From the NCBI RefSeq assembly GCF_000281045.1, contig NW_008246112.1, positions 414,333 to 478,332 of the forward strand: a stretch of 64,000 nt of DNA. Direction: 5' to 3'. The position numbers and the translations under genes are program-made. Shown here piece after piece: positions 59,601-64,000 of this stretch. Source of the stretch: Saprolegnia diclina VS20. Its lineage: Eukaryota. The stretch's first letter is position 1. Every line of letters begins with the position of its first letter. A model generated the notes under the pieces. The model was not told where the DNA came from and did not search any database. It worked only from the letters and a program-made list of their open reading frames with translations.

Positions 59601-61598
59601 ACCACACAAGTGTGACGGCGCACGCGCTTTTGGAGATGTTTTTGCGTGACTGCCAACACTTGCCGCTGCTGTTGCTTGCTACGTCGTCGACACCGAGCGC
59701 GTCACTCCCAGCCGAGCTGCAGCGCCTTTTTGGCGCTGCCTCGACGGTCGCCGTTGCTGCGGAGCCCCCGTCAACAGCGTCACGCCGCCGGCTTTTCCAA
59801 GCCGTGTTTGCCGCCTTTACGCGACCGCCCGTCAAGGCCCTCAAAGCGCCGGCGCCGATTCCGCTGTTGGCGCCGGTGGTGGCGCCCATCAAGGAAGACG
59901 TGATCGTTGTCGACGACGGGCTGACGCTGCGGCACGAGCAGGAAGCGCACCACTTGCGCGAGCTGCGCATCTTTCTCGGGATGGTCATCGACTATTGCAT
60001 GGAGCAGAAGAAGAACGCGCCGTTCTTGTACCCGGTCGACCCGGACGACGTGCCGTCGTACTACAGCGTCATTACGCGCCCCATGGACCTGAGCTTCATG
60101 CGTGAAAAGGTCAACGACGGCGAGTACGACACGTACGAAAGCTTCCTCAAGGACATCCAGCTCATCGTGCGCAACGCCAACGAGTTCAACCCGCGCGGCT
60201 GCCCAACGCGGTAGTTGCTGGTGGTCGATGTACCGGCATTCTCATGGTCGCTTGTAGCTACGTGGCGCACGCGGCGGCGGCCATGCAAGACAATGTCATG
60301 AGCTTTGGCCACCGTTTCCGGCAGCAACAGGGCTACGACTTGTTTGCCAAGTGCCGCGAGATCAGCAAGCTGCGTGAGAAGGAGGCTGGCAAGCCGCGCA
60401 AGCGGCGCTTCGCACCCGCACGCAAATCGCAGCGCATCATGGAGGACGGCGACGAGGGCGGCGAAAACGAAGCAACCAACGAGGCGACCGTCGACGAGCC
60501 AACACCCGAGCAGCCGGACGCGACGCCGGAAGCATATGCATCGTTCGAGGTCGGCGACAAGGTGTTTGTGGAGAGGCGCACGATGCCAGGCATGAACAAG
60601 CTCGGTGGCGCCGGCATTGTCACTGACGTCCACATGAGCACGGACGACGACGACGACGTGCCGTACTATTCCGTCAAGTACGTCGTCCTCGGCGGTCTGG
60701 AGAAGCGGGTGCGTCGACGATTGCTTGGCGCGACATGCTATATGTATATGGATTAGATTCATCCCAAGTACCTCCGCCTGCTGACCGACGACGTGCTGAA
60801 AGACTCTTTTGAGATCAAGCGCTCGGACCCGTCGCTATCGACGAGCTCGGCAAAACACCCGGCGCAGCCGAGCACCGCGTCGCTCGAGAAGCACCATTTC
60901 GACACGGTGCTCTGGCCGACGCTGTACCAAGAAGGGTGGGAGCGCGTGCCGTGGGCCGACCCGACCAGCGAGAAACCAAAGTGGATCCTTGTCTCGACCG
61001 TGCCGCCGTCGGCGCCCGATGTGTGGACCAAGGACTTTATGGACTCGGTGCAGAAGGACCTTGTGTGGTTTACGTCCCGCAAAGCAGCGCTGGCGTACAT
61101 CAAGTCGGACGCGGAGCTCTCGGCCAAGTGCTTTGGCCAACGCTTTTTAGACGAGAACGCGACGACGCCGGTGAGCCCTCGCCACGCCTCCAAGGCGCGT
61201 CTCGAGGACGAACAGCGGCAAGTCGCCGAGACGTTTCGCATGGCGCAGGAAGACAAGCCGGCTGTTGAGGCGATAGTGGTCGAGACTCTGGTCGACGACG
61301 AAGCGAGCTGCGACCCGCCGTTCGTCTGCGACGAGGTGCCACACCTCTTCTAACCCTCGCCTTGCTGAGCTTGTCCCAATATAGGTGGCCATGTCGGAAA
61401 TGCTTAACATGATGGTCGACAAGACGGACGGATGGTCGGTCGACACGCTCGTCGCCGAAGTGCACGCGCTGCATCTGCTCGGGGCCGCCCACGAAGCCGC
61501 GTTTGATCGCACCGCGCTCCTCGAGGTGAACCGATTTCATACAAAAAGCCATATCTCATCCCCTCTAGGCGGTCACCACGCGCGTCGCTGCCCACTAG
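56601..61598 (+). CDS. ATAD2: ATAD2/Yta7-like AAA+ ATPase with bromodomain, plus PHD and Tudor-like modules (multi-exon)
   Basis: Acidic N-terminus; [60 protein letters not shown]; degenerate AAA2 (GADGMGQS); bromodomain [23 protein letters not shown]...NANEFN. Confidence 0.93.
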
Positions 61599-61868
61599 AA
61601 ACTGCATTGTACAGCGTTCTTGATAACTAGAGAAGGGTCGCTTGCTTCAACTGCAGGCACCCACTTCAACTTCGACGTGGCCCTCAAATGAGGCGCTTTT
61701 TACACTTGATTGTTGTATGTCCCGCGTGGCGATCCTAGTGGATCCTGAACTTGCACCGAATTTCAAGGGGCGAATGTACGTACGATGTACGTCTTGGGGT
61801 TTGTATGTACCCAAGTCGAGTTGAAGTGGGAACCCAATCTTTCAGTTTGAGATTGACCGCCGAGCGCA

Positions 61869-63871
61869 ATGGTGGCAGTGCGTTGGGTGCTCTCGGTGCT
61901 AGCGACGGCGTCGGCCTGCACCATCATCGCTGTGGGCAAAGACGTACGCTGCTTTCGATCGGCCGCTGGGCGCTAAGGTCTTGTAGGCGTCGAGCACGGG
62001 GTCGCCGCTCGCGACGCACAACGCCGACTGCGGCAACTGCGACTTTCGCATCGGCAAGGTCCCTGCCAAGACGTTCTTGAATGGCTCGAGCCGGCCCATC
62101 ACGCGCTTTCGCCTCGAGTACCCTCGCTACGGTACGCGATCTGCACGCATGCATGCCTCTGACGACGACGTAGTCGGCGACGACCGCGGCGACACGTTCA
62201 AGCTCGCCAACGTCGACACGACCATTTACAACTGGACCGAGACGCCAGCGATGGGTTCGATTCCGCAGGTGCCGTCGACGTACGCGTACCTCTCGGGTCT
62301 CTACGGCATCATGAACGAGCACCAAGTGTCGATCGGCGAGAGCACATGCGGCGGGAAGCTCGTGGCCGCGCCCGTCTCGGACGGCGGCAAAGCCCTCTTT
62401 GACGTCTCGGAGCTGACAAACGTGGCCATGGAACGCGCGACGAATGCGCGGGAAGCGATTGCCCTCATGGGCCACCTCGCCGAGACGTTTGGGTACTACG
62501 GCGCCGACTGGTCGAGCCCGAACGCGGTGCTCGAGGCTGGCGAAGCACTCGTTGTGGCCGACCCGATCGAAGCGTGGATCGTGCACTTTCACCCGGATGA
62601 CACGGGCGCGTCCGCGGTCTGGGTCGCGCAGCGCATCCCTGATGGCCACATCACGGCGGTCGCCAACCAGTTTACCATCCGCGAGGTCAACTTGACCGAC
62701 AGCGCCAACTTTATGGGCTCCACAAATATGGTCGACGTCGCGATTCGCGCCAAGCTGTACGACCCGTCGGTCAATGGCACCTTTGACTTCACCCGCGTGT
62801 ACGCGCAGCCCATCACGCCAGACCAGTATTACGCCACGCGGCGCGTCTGGCGCGTCTTTACGCTCGCGAACCCGAGCCTCGATCTCTCGCCCTTGACCGA
62901 TATCTACGCCTCAGACTATCCATTCTCGGTGCCAGTCGCATCGACCCTGGGCCCGCAAGATCTTATGCGCTACATGCGCGACCACTACGAAGGCACGCCG
63001 TTCGACATGACGCAGGGTCCGGCCGCAGGGCCGTACGGCAACCCGGACCGCTACGGTACATCATATTTGAGCGTTGAGTTTGCCTCTTGAGATTGAGTTT
63101 GCACTTGTAGACATCAACGGCAACGGCAACATGACGCGCGCCACCGCGATGACGGGCCATTTCGAGCGCGCGATCTCGATCTTCCGCACGAGCTTCTCGT
63201 TCGTCTCGGTGGCCGATAAGGCAGACCCGTCGCTCGGGCTCATCTGGTTTGGCCAGTACGGTCCGCACGCCACGTCATATGTGCCCATCTTTACACACGT
63301 GACCGAGGTCCCCAGCGAGTACGCGCGCGGGTCGCTGCACGCGTACGACATGGAGGCGTCGTTCTGGGCGTTTGCGATCGTCGGCAACTGGGCCTCGCGC
63401 TTCTACCTCTTTGCGCATCCGGTCGTGGCCGCGGTCCAAGACAAGCTCGAGAGTGCGGCGCGCGCGGCGTTGCCATCGATCCATTCGGAAGCCACGTCGC
63501 TTGCGTCGACCAAAGGCGACGACGCGCTCCGGGCGTACCTCACCTCACAGTCCAAGCAGCTCGCGACGACCACGCACAGCGCATTTGTGAATCTCTTTGG
63601 GACGCTCGTGACCACGTTCCACGATGGGTACATGATGCGCAACTTGACGGCCGGCACGCTCTCGGCGCAGTCGCTCTTCTACCCGCAATGGTGGCTCGAG
63701 AACGTCGGGTACTTTGCAGCGCACGACGACATGCCGACGTTCATCACGAGCAACGAAGGCGCGTCGACCATGTTTTTCATGGGCGTCTTCCTCCTCGGGT
63801 CCTTTGTCTGCCTCGCCATCGGGTTTGGCCTCGGCATGTACCGCCAGCGCGGCTACGTGCGTATCAACTAG
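61869..63871 (+). CDS. Peptidase family C69 (Ntn-hydrolase dipeptidase/secernin-like), signal peptide and C-terminal TM
   Basis: MVAVRWVLSVLATASA|CTIIAVGK places the nucleophile Cys right after the signal. Also YGIMNEHQVSIGEST, AVWVAQRIPDGH, ANQF, MRDHYEGT, FERAISIFRT and a hydrophobic tail. Confidence 0.9.
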
Positions 63872-64000
63872 GACCAGCGATCAATACACCTGGCTTTTCT
63901 TTGCACAAAGCACGCGTCCGGAAGCTCCATTTCACGAGACTGTACTTTCAATGTATCAAGTGGTTTGCGCTAAAATGGCGCCGACTCAAATGCACGATGA

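Overview
Gene-dense eukaryotic DNA, GC-rich, with many 40-65 nt GT-AG introns, CCAAT boxes and oomycete-type INR/FPR core promoters. It is most consistent with an oomycete, probably Saprolegniales (inference). About 24 protein genes can be supported. Housekeeping-type genes: WDR7-like, a full-length ABCB/MDR transporter, a mitochondrial-type MutS, FBXO9-like, Mpv17/PMP22, PLAC8, a PDZ/coiled-coil protein, ATAD2/Yta7 and a C69 peptidase. Small paralog clusters: two ankyrin genes, two GIN (DUF2807) genes, two glutathionylspermidine synthetase/amidase genes, three membrane TKL kinases/pseudokinases plus two other kinases, and three small FCS-like zinc-finger genes. Most notable: (1) an intronless pair of complete bacterial-type glutathionylspermidine synthetase/amidase genes, raising the possibility of polyamine-glutathione (trypanothione-like) chemistry; (2) GIN beta-solenoid proteins that both end in CaaX boxes; (3) a receptor-like kinase with a beta/gamma-crystallin ectodomain; (4) an uncharacterised zinc-finger family with a conserved W-S-F-S-A-x-Y C-terminus; (5) an ATAD2 with added PHD and Tudor-like modules; (6) an atypical kinase with a tyrosine-kinase-like catalytic loop and cell-cycle motifs. 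All calls come from motif recognition by eye. No database searches were run, and exon boundaries of multi-exon genes are approximate unless stated.
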